Assembly (NCBI GenBank): GCA_965224025.1
Contig: OZ245033.1
Span: 960,001 to 1,024,000 of the forward strand
Origin: Candidatus Multivorans sp.
GTDB lineage: Bacteria > Acidobacteriota > Thermoanaerobaculia > Multivoradales > Multivoraceae
Reading direction: 5' to 3'
DNA: 64,000 nucleotides
In this document: piece by piece, positions 11,081-21,640 of the stretch
Position numbering within the stretch: the first letter of the stretch is position 1
Layout: every line of letters begins with the position of its first letter
Position numbers and translations under genes: made by a program
Notes under the pieces: model-generated
The model's database searches: none
What the model was told of the DNA's origin: nothing
What the model saw: only the letters and a program-made list of their open reading frames with translations

Positions 11081-12236
11081 ATCCTGAACCCCGCTGTGTC
11101 AATGTCGTTGACAGGTTCCGCACCGCCTTCAGTCGTCCAAGTTCGCGGAGTTCCTCAGCGCGTCCTTCGACGCTTCAGGTCTTCACGCTCCTGCGACGTC
11201 TCGGTTGCTCCGTCGACGTCGAGCCGACCTTCCCCGGTACTCGTGGCGCGACAGTCGACTTCCTGGCACGCCACGGCCAAGACGAGTTCTACGTCGAGGC
11301 CACTGTCTGTGGGCTTGGCCAAGGCGTTCTCAGCTCCAACGAAAACGAAGAGGACGCAGTACGCAAGCTCAGGGAGGGTCTCACGGACCTGCACTCTGAC
11401 GTCTGGCTACAGGCAGAAGGAGTTCTTCGGAGGACACTCGGAAAGAAGCGTCTCGTCCAGCCGTTCCAGAACCTCCTGAGGGCGCACAGGCCAGACGAAG
11501 TGCGGGATCTGCACTCACGATTGGGCCGCTTCGAAGCAGAGCCCTACCTATCCGAGACCATCAGAGAAGGGCAGTGGGAGCTGACTGGGCGTCTCGACCC
11601 TCCCCGCGCGACGAGCGGCCAAGGCCAAGTCTGGAGCCCGGTACGGAGCGGTACCGTGAGCGCCGAGGCACCGCTCAAACGAGCACTGGCCAAGAAAGCC
11701 CAAGACTGGCGCAGAACCCACCTCAAGGAGCCGTGCTTCCTGGTCGCCGTCAACATCTGCAACCCCGACTTTGGCTGGAACCTGGACGAGATCCGGGCGA
11801 TCTATACGCCCGATGCGCCAATCCACGGAGGAACCGGCGCTCGGAAGAGTCTCTTCGCGCCGTATCTCTCACGCGTGGCCGGCGTCCTGATCGTCGACAA
11901 TGCCACGCTAGGCAGCGAGCGAACCGCCCGCGTTCGCCACCACCAGAATCCACAGACGCGGCTACCCGACTGTCTTCGGTTCCTGCTGGTGGAACAGCCA
12001 CTGGGGGACCTGATCGGTTCTACTGCCGAAGGCGTGTCTTCGCCCGCCGAGTCCTACGAACGATGAATCCCATACCGCCAAGCATTTCCGCCTCGATGGA
12101 AGTCTCTGTTCGACACTAGTCTTCAACCCGGAGCAAGTGACCCGCCCTCACGTGACGGCCACCAAGAACGACCTGTGGACGATCCCCCTTCGGGAGCTAA
12201 CCGTACAGGAGCACAGCGCTACTCTGCCAGCAGACC

Positions 12237-14732
12237 ATGCCACCAACAGACATCGACTTCCTTGGCACTACAGCCGTTCCTCACCTGCGTGCACAATTCG
12301 AGCGCGCCCGCGTCGTGCTCTTCACGGGTGCGGGCTTCTCGCTTCCCGCGAAGAACCTCGCAGGCACAACAATCCCGAGCCCCAGCCAGCTCTCTCGCCT
12401 CCTTTGGCAAGTAGCCTTTCCCTCAGAGAGGTTCGATCCGAACTCTTCTCTTCGCGACATCTTCGACACGGCTCTGGCGCGCAGCCCGAAGCAACTGAAG
12501 GAATACCTAGTACGACACCTCACCGTTGCACCAAGTTCTCTGCAGGAGTGGATACCTGACTACTTCCGTCTACCTTGGTATCGCATCTACACTCTCAACG
12601 TAGACTCTCTTGCAACTGCCGTGCAACAACAATACGACCTGCCGAGACGGCTCATCAGCATTTCGGGAACTAGACCTGAAGCAGGGCAGAGTTCCGCTCC
12701 ACAGCGCGACTTGGAGGTCGTACATCTCAACGGCACGCTGCACGACGCGCCAGAGAACGTCACTTTCTCTGAGTCCCAGTACGCCCAAATGCTAGCGTCG
12801 CCGAACAGGGCCTTCCAGGAGCTTACTGCGGACCTTCTCGTCAGGCCCGTCGTGTTTGTTGGAACCCGGCTCGACGAGTCGCCTCTCTGGCAGAGCATCA
12901 AAAGGCGGCGTTTGAAGGGGCAGCGCGGCGCACGTGAACTGAGACCACGCTCCTACCTCGTCACCCCCTCCCTGGATCGGGCACGCCAGGCGCGTCTCGG
13001 CCGGTTCAACATCGCCTGGATCCAGATGGCCGCGCAGGAATTCGCACACGAGGTACTGACCGACTTCAAGGACGCCGGCGCACGCGGCTTCTCCTTCCTT
13101 GGGCACACCGCGAAGATCGGCCACCCAAAGCCTCGGCTCCCCGATGTCGCCGAGCTCGCTGTAAGTCCCGGCATGCCGTCGGAGTTTCTCTTTGGAGCGC
13201 AGCCAATCTGGGCCGACGTTCAGGCTGGCCGCGCTATCCGCCGAGAGTGTGATGAAACGTTCCTCGCGCGTGTCAAGGACCAGCTGTCCCGCAAGGGCGT
13301 TCCCGGCGTCGTAGCACTTACCGGCACCGCGGGCTCCGGCAAGACGACCTCCCTTATGAGGCTCGCGCTACGCCTTTCGGCGGACGGCGTACGAGTCGGA
13401 TGGGTTGACGCGAACACCGATCTCTCGGAACGAGCGATAGTGGCGGCCATGCACCACCAGAACGCGCCCCCTGTCCTCGCAATCGACAGCGCCGAGAACT
13501 ACGGCCGCAACTTGGCTACCATGCTCCGCGAGGTGGCCTTGCTCGGCAGCTCACCCTTAGTCGTCGTGTCAGTGCGTGCCGGACGCATCGACACGGTACT
13601 TAACCCGGTCGTACTCTCGGACGTCCCGCTTAGAGAAGTCACCGTCCCGCATCTCGCCGACTCCGACATCGACGCACTGATAGGGGCTCTCGATCGCGCC
13701 AAACGATTGGGCGCTCTTCGAGGAAAGACCCTCGATCAGCAGCGCACGACCTTTCGCGACTACGCCGGCCGACAACTGTTGGTAGCCATGATCAGCGCCA
13801 CTTCGGGCAAACGCTTCGAAGAAAAGGTTGATGAAGAATACGACGACCTACAGCCTAACGCTCGATTGATCTACGCGACCGTGAGCCTAGCCACCTACTT
13901 CAGTTATTCACTCCAACGCCAAGAAATCCTCATGGCGGTCAATGACTTCAGTAACGATAAACTCAATGCCATCGAACGACTTTTAAACCGACACATTCTG
14001 TCCGAATCACCACCCGGTTCCGGTAGAATCCAGACGCGGCACCGCCTGATTGCTGAGCGGTTGTGGCGCACTCTACAGCAGCGCGGAGTGCTAGCCGACG
14101 TGGTGGATGGACTCGGCCTCTTCGCTGCCACGCTCCCGATCCAATCGCCACATCAGCGCCGTGCACGTCGCCTACTTGTCGGCCTTACCAATCATGATTT
14201 CCTGCATCGAGCCATTGGCTTGGAACGAAGCAAGTCTTTCTACGAGAAACTAGAGGACATCTTGTTCCGAGACTTCCACTACTGGCTCCAGAGAGGGAGT
14301 CTGGAGGCCGAGTTCGGCGACCTCGCGTTGGCGGAGAACTTCCTGAATCAAGCCCGCGGACTCGAACCCAACGACACACGGGTCGAGAACGAGTGGGCCT
14401 ATCTCCTGTCACGTCAAGCCATCGAAGCTCCTCTTGCTGAACGCTCCAAACTACTCATGGACACCGCGATGGAAACCCTCAAGGGGCTGATCGCCCATCC
14501 CCGGCGGTCGCCGTACCCCTATCATGTGCTCGGCAGCCAAGGACTCGCATGGTCCAGATGCGCTCCCCTCAGCTGGAGGCAGCGCGAGGAACTTCTGAGC
14601 GACCTCCGTGACAGCGTCAAGGAAGGCCTCCGCTTCTTTCCGGGCGAGAGGAAGCTAAGGAAGCTAGCGAAGGACTTAGAGAGGGAGTATCTGACTCTCG
14701 CCGTAGCGAAGGGTCCTGACGGCCGCCGCTGA
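12237..14732 (+). CDS. SIR2-like domain + P-loop (STAND-like) NTPase + helical/TPR repeats; candidate Avs/NLR-like anti-phage protein
   Basis: N-terminal LFTGAGFS...IYTLNVD...VHLNG...VFVG (SIR2_2 pattern); Walker A GTAGSGKT; Walker-B-like VLAID; C-terminal HYWLQRGSLE..LAENFLNQA helical repeats; visibly lower GC than neighbours. Confidence 0.8.
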   Translation: MPPTDIDFLGTTAVPHLRAQFERARVVLFTGAGFSLPAKNLAGTTIPSPSQLSRLLWQVAFPSERFDPNSSLRDIFDTALARSPKQLKEYLVRHLTVAPSSLQEWIPDYFRLPWYRIYTLNVDSLATAVQQQYDLPRRLISISGTRPEAGQSSAPQRDLEVVHLNGTLHDAPENVTFSESQYAQMLASPNRAFQELTADLLVRPVVFVGTRLDESPLWQSIKRRRLKGQRGARELRPRSYLVTPSLDRARQARLGRFNIAWIQMAAQEFAHEVLTDFKDAGARGFSFLGHTAKIGHPKPRLPDVAELAVSPGMPSEFLFGAQPIWADVQAGRAIRRECDETFLARVKDQLSRKGVPGVVALTGTAGSGKTTSLMRLALRLSADGVRVGWVDANTDLSERAIVAAMHHQNAPPVLAIDSAENYGRNLATMLREVALLGSSPLVVVSVRAGRIDTVLNPVVLSDVPLREVTVPHLADSDIDALIGALDRAKRLGALRGKTLDQQRTTFRDYAGRQLLVAMISATSGKRFEEKVDEEYDDLQPNARLIYATVSLATYFSYSLQRQEILMAVNDFSNDKLNAIERLLNRHILSESPPGSGRIQTRHRLIAERLWRTLQQRGVLADVVDGLGLFAATLPIQSPHQRRARRLLVGLTNHDFLHRAIGLERSKSFYEKLEDILFRDFHYWLQRGSLEAEFGDLALAENFLNQARGLEPNDTRVENEWAYLLSRQAIEAPLAERSKLLMDTAMETLKGLIAHPRRSPYPYHVLGSQGLAWSRCAPLSWRQREELLSDLRDSVKEGLRFFPGERKLRKLAKDLEREYLTLAVAKGPDGRR

Positions 14733-14995
14733 GAGCCACACGGGCAGAGTCGGAGTTGGCCTGCCCCGACGCACGAGACACGCGAGCGCCGTCCCGACTG
14801 CCCGCGTTCCGCAAGATGAAGACCACGGTGCCCGGCGGAGCACCTCAAGAACATGGTGGACCTGGGCCGGTCCGGGCACGTGTAGGGAGATGGATCAGGC
14901 GCGAAGATCCGGGCTGATATCTGAGCCCCCACAGCGCCACCGGCTCGCAGGTCCGGGCAGCCTGCTCGCCACACGAAATCCGGGACCTTGAGGCC

Positions 14996-15197
14996 CTCGT
15001 AAGCCGGCCCGGACATCAAGGCCGCCGCCTCGGCCGAGTTGCTTGACGCCCACGCGCTCGGTCTGCGTCAACAGTACGACAACCTCCTCCCCGTGATCGA
15101 CCGGGCGGGCAACACGTTGACGGAGGCGATGAAGAAGCTCGACCCCGAGCGGAGTGCCGATCCCAGGGGAGAAGGCGCTGCTGCTCTTGAACAGGCC
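14996..15197 (+). repeat. ~200-bp direct repeat, copy 1 (gene-fragment duplication)
   Basis: First ~120 nt almost identical to 21156-21356, then more diverged. Encodes AGPDIKAAASAELLDAHALGLRQQYDNLLPVIDRAGNTL. Confidence 0.9.
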
Positions 15198-15201
15198 GAG
15201 G

Positions 15202-17305
15202 CAGGGCTGTTCCAAAGTCGTTCACAAAGCGTTGACCTGACAGGCGACTTGTCCGTTACTGGACATTCAGCCTCGATTCCGGCATCATCGGCCGTGATGG
15301 GGGTGGCGATGTCGGGGGTTTCAGGAGCGGTCGATCTGGGCGGGATCTCCGTGCGGCGGGTGACGGACCGCGCCGAGTCGGCGCGTTGGGACATGTTGAT
15401 GTCGCGTCACCACTATCTGGGGTTCCGCGGCCTGGTCGGAGGCGGCGTGCGTCAGGTGGCGGAGTTGCCGGACGGGAGGTGGGTGGCTCTTCTCGGTTGG
15501 CACGCGGGTTCGTTCAAGGTCGGCGCCCGTGATCGCTGGATCGGCTGGACGCGCGAGCAGCAGTTCCGTCGTCTTCGGTTGGTGGCCAACAACACGCGTT
15601 TTCTGGTGTTGCCGGGCTGCCGGACGCCGAATCTCGCATCGCGGGTACTGGGTTTGTCGCTGCGTCGGCTGTCGCGCGACATGGAGGACCAGACCGGCCA
15701 CCCGGTGTTGCTGGCGGAGACGTTCGTGGATCCGGGCCGGTTCAGAGGGACGTGTTACCGGGCCGCCAATTGGCGGGAGATCGGCAAGACGCGCGGCTAC
15801 GCGCGGGTTCCGGGCGGCGGTTGGAGGAAGCACGGCGAGCCGAAGACGGTGCTGGTGCGGGAGTTGTGCGCCTCGGCGCGGGAGGCCTTGCGTCAGCCTG
15901 AGGACGAGGAGGAGTGGGGACTCGCGGTCAAGCGGCCTCGGCCGCCGAAGGTGGATCGCCTCGAGAGCTTGTACGAGTTTCTGCGGCGGGTGCCGGAGTA
16001 CCGCAAGGCGCGGGGCATCCGCCACCAGTTGGCGACCATCTTCGCGATCGCTCTGGCGGCGAAGCTGGCGGGAGTCCGCGGCGTGGTGGCGATCGGGGAG
16101 TTCGCTTCTCGTCTGACCCAGGCGCAGTTGGCGGCGGTGCGGGCGTTCTGGAGTCCGAGCAGGGAGCGCTACGTGGCGCCTTCGACCGCGTCGTTCCACC
16201 GGGTGCTGTCGGCCATCGCCCCGGAGATGCTCGACGAAGCGCTGCGCCGCTTCATCGACCAGAGCCGGTCGCCGCGGGGCGCGGTCGCGCTCGACGGCAA
16301 GGCGACCGCGGCGGAGTGGATGCGGGGCAAGGACAGCGAGCGGATGCTGGTGGCGGCGGTCGAGCACGCCAGCGGTCTGGTCCGCGGTCAGGAGGCCCGC
16401 GACGGCGCCGGGGGCGAGATTGTGGGTGTGCGCAAGTTGCTGCGCCGCGTCGACATCGAGGATCGTGTGGTGACCCTCGACGCCTTGCATACGCAGCGCA
16501 AGACGGCGCGGTTGATCGTCGAGCGCGGCGGCTTCTACCTGATGACGGTCAAGGGCAACCGGCAGGAGGTGCTCGACGATCTTGCCGCTTTCGACTGGGA
16601 TGTCGGGCAGGTCGCGGCAACCGAGCACGAAACCACCGAAAAGGGGCATGGACGTATCGAGACGCGCCGCTGCCGGACCATCGACCTCGGTCTCGTCCCG
16701 CCCGAGTACGTCTCGATGCCGCATCGCCGGCAGGCCTTCCGCATCGAGCGCGAACGCCACGTGCTCCGCTCGGGCAAGACCTCCGCCGAAACCGCGTACG
16801 GCGTCACCTCGCTGGGGCCGGAACGGGCGTCGGCGAGCGAACTGCTGAACCTCAACCGGGGCCACTGGGAGATCGAGAACCGGCTTCACTACGTCCGTGA
16901 CTTCACCTATGACGAGGACCGCAACCGCGTGCGGGAGAAACGCCTCCGCCGCAATCTCGCCTGCCTCGCGAACGCCGCCATCTCGATCGTACGCCTCGAC
17001 GGCCGTTTCGAGTACATGCCCCAGGCCCACCGCCACTTCGCCGCCCGACAGGGCGACGCCATGCGACAGGTGATGAGGCGTCGCTTCGCCGGCTGAACCG
17101 CCGGCCGCACACCGCTGACCCACCATTCGAGCCGAACTGCGGCCGTCACCAAGAAGAGCGGCCGAAAACGACCCAAAACGACAGTCCGGGACCGACGGCC
17201 TCCCGCAAACCCCGCACAACTCGACTCGCCAAAGCTCAACTACCGCCGACCTGGCCATACCTCACACTCCAGCCCTGCCTTCACGCCGACTTTGGAATGG
17301 TCCTG
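15202..17305 (+). mobile_element. ISAs1-family element
   Basis: Terminal IRs CAGGGCTGTTCCAAAGTCG (15202-15220) and CGACTTTGGAATGGTCCTG (17287-17305), 16/19 match; no clear TSD. Confidence 0.88.
15309..17096 (+). CDS. DUF4338-fused ISAs1 transposase
   Basis: N-half HHYLG...RDRWIGW...ANNTRFLVLP...LAETFVD...GTCYRAANW (DUF4338). C-half VALDGK, VTLDALHTQ, VKGNR, EKGHGRIETR and HWEIENRLHYVRD (ISAs1 DDE). Start at ATG 15297 or 15309, inside the IR. Confidence 0.88.
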   Translation: MSGVSGAVDLGGISVRRVTDRAESARWDMLMSRHHYLGFRGLVGGGVRQVAELPDGRWVALLGWHAGSFKVGARDRWIGWTREQQFRRLRLVANNTRFLVLPGCRTPNLASRVLGLSLRRLSRDMEDQTGHPVLLAETFVDPGRFRGTCYRAANWREIGKTRGYARVPGGGWRKHGEPKTVLVRELCASAREALRQPEDEEEWGLAVKRPRPPKVDRLESLYEFLRRVPEYRKARGIRHQLATIFAIALAAKLAGVRGVVAIGEFASRLTQAQLAAVRAFWSPSRERYVAPSTASFHRVLSAIAPEMLDEALRRFIDQSRSPRGAVALDGKATAAEWMRGKDSERMLVAAVEHASGLVRGQEARDGAGGEIVGVRKLLRRVDIEDRVVTLDALHTQRKTARLIVERGGFYLMTVKGNRQEVLDDLAAFDWDVGQVAATEHETTEKGHGRIETRRCRTIDLGLVPPEYVSMPHRRQAFRIERERHVLRSGKTSAETAYGVTSLGPERASASELLNLNRGHWEIENRLHYVRDFTYDEDRNRVREKRLRRNLACLANAAISIVRLDGRFEYMPQAHRHFAARQGDAMRQVMRRRFAG

Positions 17306-17844
17306 TCAGGCGCCGGAGTGTCTGTGGACAACCACCGATCCGGCGACGTAGAATCTGCCTTGACGAAATCAGTTCGCGCGCGGCAGCCGCGAGAATCGAG
17401 GTGCGCGCTCAGCTACGTGCCGTCCAAGGAGCGCGTGCTGTCTGGCGATCCGATTGTCAGAGATAGCGGTCGTCCTTTCCGAGTCGGCTGGTCTCAGCCC
17501 TCTCGGTCTGTAGCTCTTGGTTCGATGACAGTTCTTCCGGTTGTCTCTAGCGCCCGGACGCCACGCTCAATCAATCTGAGCAGACGCAGGGCTAAGAACG
17601 CAAACACGGCCGTCGAACCCGTGGTCGACTTCCGAACGACCTCGAACGCACCCTCGTCTCTCACCAATGCCTTGGCCTTCTCGGCCGGAAGTATCGAAGC
17701 CATCCTCATCTCCAAAATCAATGGTATCCACCCAATGCGGCAAAGCCTAACCAGGTCGCGTCAGCCGGTCAACGTCTCGGGGCCAATCGGCACTCTCCTG
17801 TGTAGTGCCGAGTCACTCCCGTCATCAGATCTTCCAGGAGTCCT

Positions 17845-19030
17845 GTGGCGAGAACCGCATGGGCGAGGAGGTGGCCTCGCTCGCCTCCCGCATCGACGCC
17901 GAGACCTACGAACTGCTCGTCCTGGTCCGCGAGTTCGATGACAAGGAAGGCTGGAGCAACGGCTCCCTGGACTGCGCCCACTGGCTCACCTGGCGCATCC
18001 GTCTCGCTCCCGGGGAGGCCCGGGAGCGGGTGCGCGTCGACGCGCTGCGCAACCTTCCCCTAATCGGCGAGGCGATGAAGCCGGGCGCGCTTTCCTAGTC
18101 GAAGGTGAGAGCGCTGACGCGCATCGCCACGCCGGAGACCGAGGAATCACCTCGACTGCTGCAGCTCGCAGACCCGCATCGAACGGGTGTTCAGGGGTGG
18201 CGGAGAATCGACCGTTCCATCGAGGCGAGCGACGACGGGCTACGCGATGCATCCGAACTGCGTTGCGCCCCAAATCGACGAGAACGTCATGGTCGTGACG
18301 CGGGGGCACCTCGCACCCGAGGCGAGCGAAGTGCTGATGAAGACACTCGACGCCGAGGGAGGGAAGCTCTACGCCGGCAACGGTCAGGACGAGACCAAGG
18401 ACGAGATCGACCGGCCGCCGGCCGGCAAGGTACGGGCGGACGGCCTTGCTCTTGTAGCAGAGAGCGCGCTCAAGGCGAATCTCGGCCCAGGGTCGAGCGG
18501 TGTCCGCTACCAGGTCACGGTCCATGTGACGAGGATGACTGAAGGTCTCGGCAACGAGCGTCGCGTTTCCGCGGAACGCCGGCCCGCCCCGCGCCCAGGG
18601 CCAGGACGACCTGCGCGCACGCAGAAGACCTGGCCGCAGGCACCTGGCTCGGCGCCTCGCATGTCCTGTTTTCGCGGAAACGGCCCGCCGCATCACCTGC
18701 GACACCGGCAAGGTGCCGATAGCCCACAAGAAAGGCCAGATCCTGAGCGTCGGCCGCAAGACGCGCACTATCCCGCCGCCCATTCGGCGCGCCCCGGAGT
18801 TCCGCGACCAGCGTTGCCTCTTCCCGGGCTGTTCCTCCAGGCACTGCGACGCACACCGGGTGGTCCACTGGACCGAGACCGGCGAAACGAAGCTCTCGAA
18901 ATCTCGTCTTCTCTTCCCACAACACCATCGCACGCTCCACGAAGGCAATTTCAGCGCCCAAATGGACGACAAGGCACAGTCCAGTTCCACCATCCTCTCG
19001 ACCGGCCGCTGCACGAGAGCACGGTGCTAG
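17845..19030 (+). pseudogene. DUF222/HNH endonuclease remnant
   Basis: Fragments LLVLVREFDDKEGW..CAHWLTWR..ARERVRV..LS*SKVRALTRIATPETEE and LSVGRKTRTIPPPIRRA..RDQRCLFPGC..CDAH, with stops and frameshifts. Confidence 0.8.
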
Positions 19031-19065
19031 GACTTGGCAGAGCGCCGACAGCACCAACGGCCCGG

Positions 19066-20220
19066 TCAGCGCGGCAGCGGGAGCCGAATCCAGAGCGGCA
19101 GGTGGTCGCTCACCTTGTGCTCGAACCGCTTCACGAAGACGGCCTTCTCCTGCTTCGACAAGTCCCCGAAGGGCTTGTTCAGCACGGCCTGTGCGAACAG
19201 ATCGACGAAGTCGAAGACGCCGTAGTCCGGCCCTTCTCCGTGCCTTCCCATGTGCTCGTTCACGTCGCACGGAGGAAACCGCTCGTCGCGGAAGAACAGC
19301 CCGATCTGATCGAAGGTCTCGGTCAGGCGGGCGTTTGTGCGGAACACCGTCTCGCTGCCGGGATAGGGGTCGAGGAACGGAAAGTTGACCCGGACTCCCT
19401 CCGCGCTGTCGCCATCGAAGCACTTGAGGTGTTTCGCCACCCGAGTCCAGGTTGAGGTCGCCGAACAGGATGAAGTTCGGGTAGTACGCCGCGTCGTTCT
19501 CGTTGACGCGGCCCACGATCCAGTTCATCAGCGCGTCGAACTCCTGCCGGCGATCGTCGATGAAGTTGCCGAAGTAGAGGTGAGCGTTGACGCCCATGAA
19601 CCGGTACGGATCGATTCCCGGATGCCCCTTGATCTCGAAGCTGACGCAGAACGGCGCGCGGATGAAGGCCAGGAACGTGGGCAGCTTGACCTTGGGCCGT
19701 CGCGGTTTCCTCCCCCGCCGGCTCTGCTGCCACGACGCCAGCTTGTTTCGTAGGCCACCAGGGGGTCGAGGGCGTCATGGACCTTGTCGCGATTCTCGAT
19801 CAGCGTCGAGAGGATCTTCGAGCGGTCGAAGGTGATGTCGGTCGCGACTTCGGTCCGAACCACGACGTCCCGGTTGTAGATGAAGGCCAGCCGCTCGCCG
19901 AGCCCCGGCTCTCCTGGGAAGGCGCCCGTCTTGTCCGAGACGATCATCTCGAACTCCGGATCCAGCAACTCCATCAACAGACGCATGCCGCTCAGGTCGT
20001 CCATGACCTCCTGGATCGCGATGAGGTCGAACTGCTTGCAGATCCGGGCGAGGAACTCCCAGGTCCGCTTGGTGCGGCCGTGCGAAGACCCCAGCTTCCG
20101 GACGTTGAACGACCCAAGAAGCACCGACCCATAGACCCTCTCGGGGAACCCGTACCTCCCCGGGTTCGCCGTCAGCTCTTCGTCGATGCGCTTCCACTCG
20201 GCAACCGTAAACTGCGCCAC
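19066..20220 (-). pseudogene. Endonuclease/exonuclease/phosphatase (DNase I-like) family gene, frameshifted
   Basis: GTG start with GGAGG RBS. Motifs GSFNVRKL, DLIAIQEV, GERLAFIY, NAHLYFG, FGDLNLD, FDQIG and SDHLPLW are spread over three frames. Confidence 0.8.
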
Positions 20221-20420
20221 ACGACCCTCCCCAACGTCCACGAGCGGGATGCCGACGCCGAGATCGGCAATGCCCGCGTCCCGGACCAAGCTTAGTGCGG
20301 CGCGCCGCCGACAGGCCCCGCAGGGGGAGTTCGCACACACGCCGACGCTAGACTGCGGTGGTCTTCCCCCAAGCTGGACAATCGTGAGGTCGTCAACGTC
20401 ATAGACGTCGGAGTGCGTTC

Positions 20421-21037
20421 ATGGACCAAAGCCACACGCTCTACTACGCGACCAACCGGCGGCACGTCGGTCGGGATCGGTGGCGACCAAGCCGCTACAG
20501 CGGCGAATCCAGCAAGGACGGCGACGAGAACCTGCGTTTCGGCAAAGTCGTGCTGGAACTCGACGCCGATCGCGTGAATGCACACCTTGAAGAAACGTGC
20601 TCGAGAACGCACTGAAACGGACCCTGGAGTCCGGTCGACCGCCCCGGATCTTCGACCAGATCTTCCTTTGCACCCCTGACGTGGCAGACGACGTCTTCGA
20701 GCCCGGGCGGCCGTTCTGCGAGCTACCCGGCATGGCCGAGAACGTGACCGTGTACCACAACAAGGGCGATCTCGCGATGCCGGTCTCCGACTACACGAAG
20801 GGCAACACGGACCGTCTGGGCTGGCGAGGGGCGAACCGTCCGGCCGACCTCGACGGCCGCGTCCACATCGTCGACTGTGGTGGGATCGTCACCGGCGCGG
20901 TGGAGCACAGCTACTACCAGTGCGGCCCGGGGCAACGACGACATCGCCCAAAGCCTGGACGGCATCAGTGCCGACGACAAGGTGCGGCGCCGCAGCCCCG
21001 TACAGCACGGCTGGCCGAACGTGTGGCGGCTGCGATG
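20421..21037 (+). pseudogene. DUF900-type alpha/beta hydrolase remnant (central part deleted)
   Basis: YYATNR N-terminus joined out of frame to IFLCTPDV..VTVYHNKGDLAM..SD..DRLG..HSYY; the nucleophile segment is missing. Confidence 0.65.
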
Positions 21038-21155
21038 ATCGACGGAACCGGGTTCGAACACACCGTGGCCACGAGCGAGGTTCTCCAGATTGTCAGCCGC
21101 TAACGAAGTGGAACATTCCAAGACCATACGTGACGTCAGCCGTGCACTTCCCGCG

Positions 21156-21356
21156 CTCGTAGCCGGCCCGGACATCAAGGCCGCCGCCTCGGCCGAGTTG
21201 CTCGACGCCCACGCGCTCGGTCTGCGTCAACAGTACGACAACCTCCTCCCCGTAATCGACCGGGCGGGCAACACGCTAGTGAAAGCGGTCGAGAGGCTCG
21301 ACCCCGAGGAGAGCCCCGATCCCGACGGGGAAGGCTCGGCTGCCCTTGAAGAGGCC
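21156..21356 (+). repeat. ~200-bp direct repeat, copy 2
   Basis: Matches 14996-15197; ends at the CTAG IS1182 insertion site. Confidence 0.9.
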
Positions 21357-21362
21357 TAGGAG

Positions 21363-21635
21363 TGTCCGCAGCGTTGTCGCTGCGCTGTCGCGCAGGGAAC
21401 AGGCAGCGAGTAGCCAACGTTACAGCGGCGTCGTGGGTTCATAGAGTTGGCCGCGCTGGGCAGCGAGGCCGCGCAGGCACTGGTGTGTTGGCGCCCGACT
21501 AGGAGTTTGGCCCGGACCGTGATCGGCGCTCTGACGCTGGCGGCGCGGCTTGTGTCGCGACCCCGTATGCAAGATTGAGCTTTTCGCCGCGGTCTCTGCC
21601 CAGCGCGACGATTGGATTCCACATCTACGGGAGGC
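21363..21635 (+). ncRNA. Putative IS110 bridge RNA region (boundaries approximate)
   Basis: ~280-nt non-coding left end with hairpins (e.g. CGCAGCG-TTGT-CGCTGCG). Contains CTAGGAG (21499-21505, equal to target left flank plus core) then ATGCAAG (21567-21573, equal to donor end plus core). Confidence 0.65.
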
Positions 21636-21640
21636 AGGGG

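Larger units (their letters stand above)
9523..11119 (+). mobile_element. IS3-family insertion sequence
   Basis: TG...CA inverted repeats at 9529-9552 and 11090-11113 (19/24 match), orfA/orfB, and flanking direct repeat GCACC at 9518-9522 and 11120-11124. Confidence 0.92.
9340..12066 (+). pseudogene. Hypothetical PD-(D/E)XK-like protein interrupted by IS3
   Basis: The frame ...ETAFQFLERG...KPRLKH resumes after the IS as RLQSSKFAEFLSA..FTLLRRLGCSVDVEP..TVDFLARHGQDEFYVEAT and runs into ORF 11500-12066. Extra frameshift near 11170; start uncertain. Confidence 0.6.

Noticed and set aside
15039-15308. N-terminal extension of the ISAs1 ORF from 15039
   Set aside because: It begins outside the left IR (15202), in the duplicated gene fragment, and is a chance in-frame fusion.
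17297-17800. Short ORFs 17297-17941 (+) and 17494-17721 (-)
   Set aside because: No recognisable domain; probably remnant DNA.
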